A stretch of DNA of 64,000 nucleotides from an uncultured Solirubrobacterales bacterium (GTDB lineage: Bacteria; Actinomycetota; Thermoleophilia; Solirubrobacterales; Solirubrobacteraceae): assembly GCA_963770405.1 (NCBI GenBank), contig CAVYPO010000003.1, forward strand, positions 153,120 through 217,119, written 5' to 3'. Below are positions 63,272-64,000 of this stretch, piece after piece. The notes beneath the pieces were generated by a model. The model had not been told where the DNA came from, did no database searches, and saw only the letters and a list, made by a program, of their open reading frames with translations. The position numbers and the translations under genes were made by a program. The first letter of the stretch is position 1; every line of letters starts with the position of its first letter.

Positions 63272-64000
63272 CTACAGGCGCAGCGCGGCCCGGCCCGGCG
63301 GATGGAAGCGGGGCCGCAGCGCGAAGTAGTCCTCCTGCCGGCGCGCCCGCTGCTGCTCGGCGCTCGCCTGGCCGCGGCGTGCTCGCCGGCGCTCGCCGGG
63401 AGTGCGCAGGAAGCGCCACGTGCCGGCGAACGGGCGGAAGTTCTGCCGGTAGGCCAGCGACACCACGTCGCGCACCGGCCGCCGGCGGCGCAGCCCGTCG
63501 CGAACGCCGCGCCCCACCTGCGGGATCGCGCCGAGCGCGGCACGGTCCTCGAAGGCGGCGTCGAGCAGTGAATTGACGACCAGGGTGACGACGACGGCGA
63601 GTGCGTCGGAGCGGCGCATGAGCTTGGCCGCCACGTAGGCGTGGTGGCGGGCATTCACCCGGTAACGCTGCAGCTCGAACTCGACGATCGGCTCCTTCAT
63701 GTGCACGGCTCGCACCTCGGGCAGGAACAGGTGTGAAAACCCGCCGTCGAGCAGCCGCATGGTGAACTCCAGCTCGTTGGCCCAGATGAACATGTGCGGG
63801 TCATAGCCACCGAGCGCGTCGAGCGCCGGGCGGCTCACGAGCGCCGCGCAGCCCCAGAAGCTGAGCAGCCCGGTGCGCCAGTCATCGTTGAGGCGATGCT
63901 GCTCGGCGAACGAGCTGACCACCGTGAAGGACACCAGGTCCGCCCGCTCGGCCTGCGCCGCGAGCACGGCTTGCTCGAGGGCGCCCGCAGGCAGGTAGGC
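63272..64000 (-). CDS. GT2-family glycosyltransferase, C-terminal part (5' end beyond window)
   Basis: Frame open to the window edge. 'GCAALVSRPALDALGGYDPHMFIWANELEFTMRLL' is a typical GT2 acceptor-side region. Confidence 0.72.
   Translation of the reverse strand, partial: AYLPAGALEQAVLAAQAERADLVSFTVVSSFAEQHRLNDDWRTGLLSFWGCAALVSRPALDALGGYDPHMFIWANELEFTMRLLDGGFSHLFLPEVRAVHMKEPIVEFELQRYRVNARHHAYVAAKLMRRSDALAVVVTLVVNSLLDAAFEDRAALGAIPQVGRGVRDGLRRRRPVRDVVSLAYRQNFRPFAGTWRFLRTPGERRRARRGQASAEQQRARRQEDYFALRPRFHPPGRAALRL

Overview
Very GC-rich chromosomal segment of actinobacterial type. Backbone 60-nt lines hand-count at about 70-77% G+C. The many secreted Ig/beta-propeller repeat proteins give an impression of a Thermoleophilia/Solirubrobacterales-like organism, but this is only an impression. 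I can support about 60 protein-coding genes or gene remnants. I found no rRNA, tRNA, CRISPR array, transposase or integrase.

Layout:
- 0-6.4 kb: LysR and PadR regulators, a GNAT, and two tandem esterase paralogs.
- 6.8-15.5 kb: cell-surface genes next to an ANTAR response regulator. These are a CHAP amidase fused to a YW-propeller and a 1654-aa protein made of 5 Ig-like and 4 six-bladed NHL-like modules.
- 15.9-22.3 kb: redox/detox islet littered with gene fragments (SDR, redoxin, nitronate monooxygenase, MOSC-reductase, two VOC paralogs, NADP/F420 oxidoreductase).
- 22.3-24.8 kb: lower-GC islet of small SHOCT-domain proteins.
- 24.8-33.7 kb: pobA plus pcaHGBDC, an aldehyde dehydrogenase and a hydrolase.
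- 34-39.5 kb: a lipoprotein, a badly broken ABC-2 exporter, and a STAS/RsbW-like/CHASE3-PP2C partner-switching set.
- 40.6-56.5 kb: metG embedded among secreted proteins (tandem paralogs, transglutaminase-like, lactonase-propeller-IPT, FN3-like triple repeat, PQQ-like propeller, lipase-like, 1040-aa Cys-pair repeat protein).
- 56.7-64 kb: envelope glycan cluster (GT1, GT2s, acyl/acetyltransferases).

Most notable observations:
1. There are 20 reading-frame breaks concentrated in 8 genes, 11 of them in the ABC exporter, while a 5-kb ORF is intact. Seventeen of the 20 are in the +1-insertion direction.
2. A mosaic of internally deleted gene remnants mirrors an intact SDR-redoxin pair 4 kb away.
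3. Several secreted repeat proteins are uncharacterised, and five of them end in a similar basic-x-Gly C-terminus.
4. There are several orphan operator-like palindromes and tandem repeats.

I could not demonstrate a complete, recognisable novel multi-gene system (defence, secretion, RiPP) from sequence alone.
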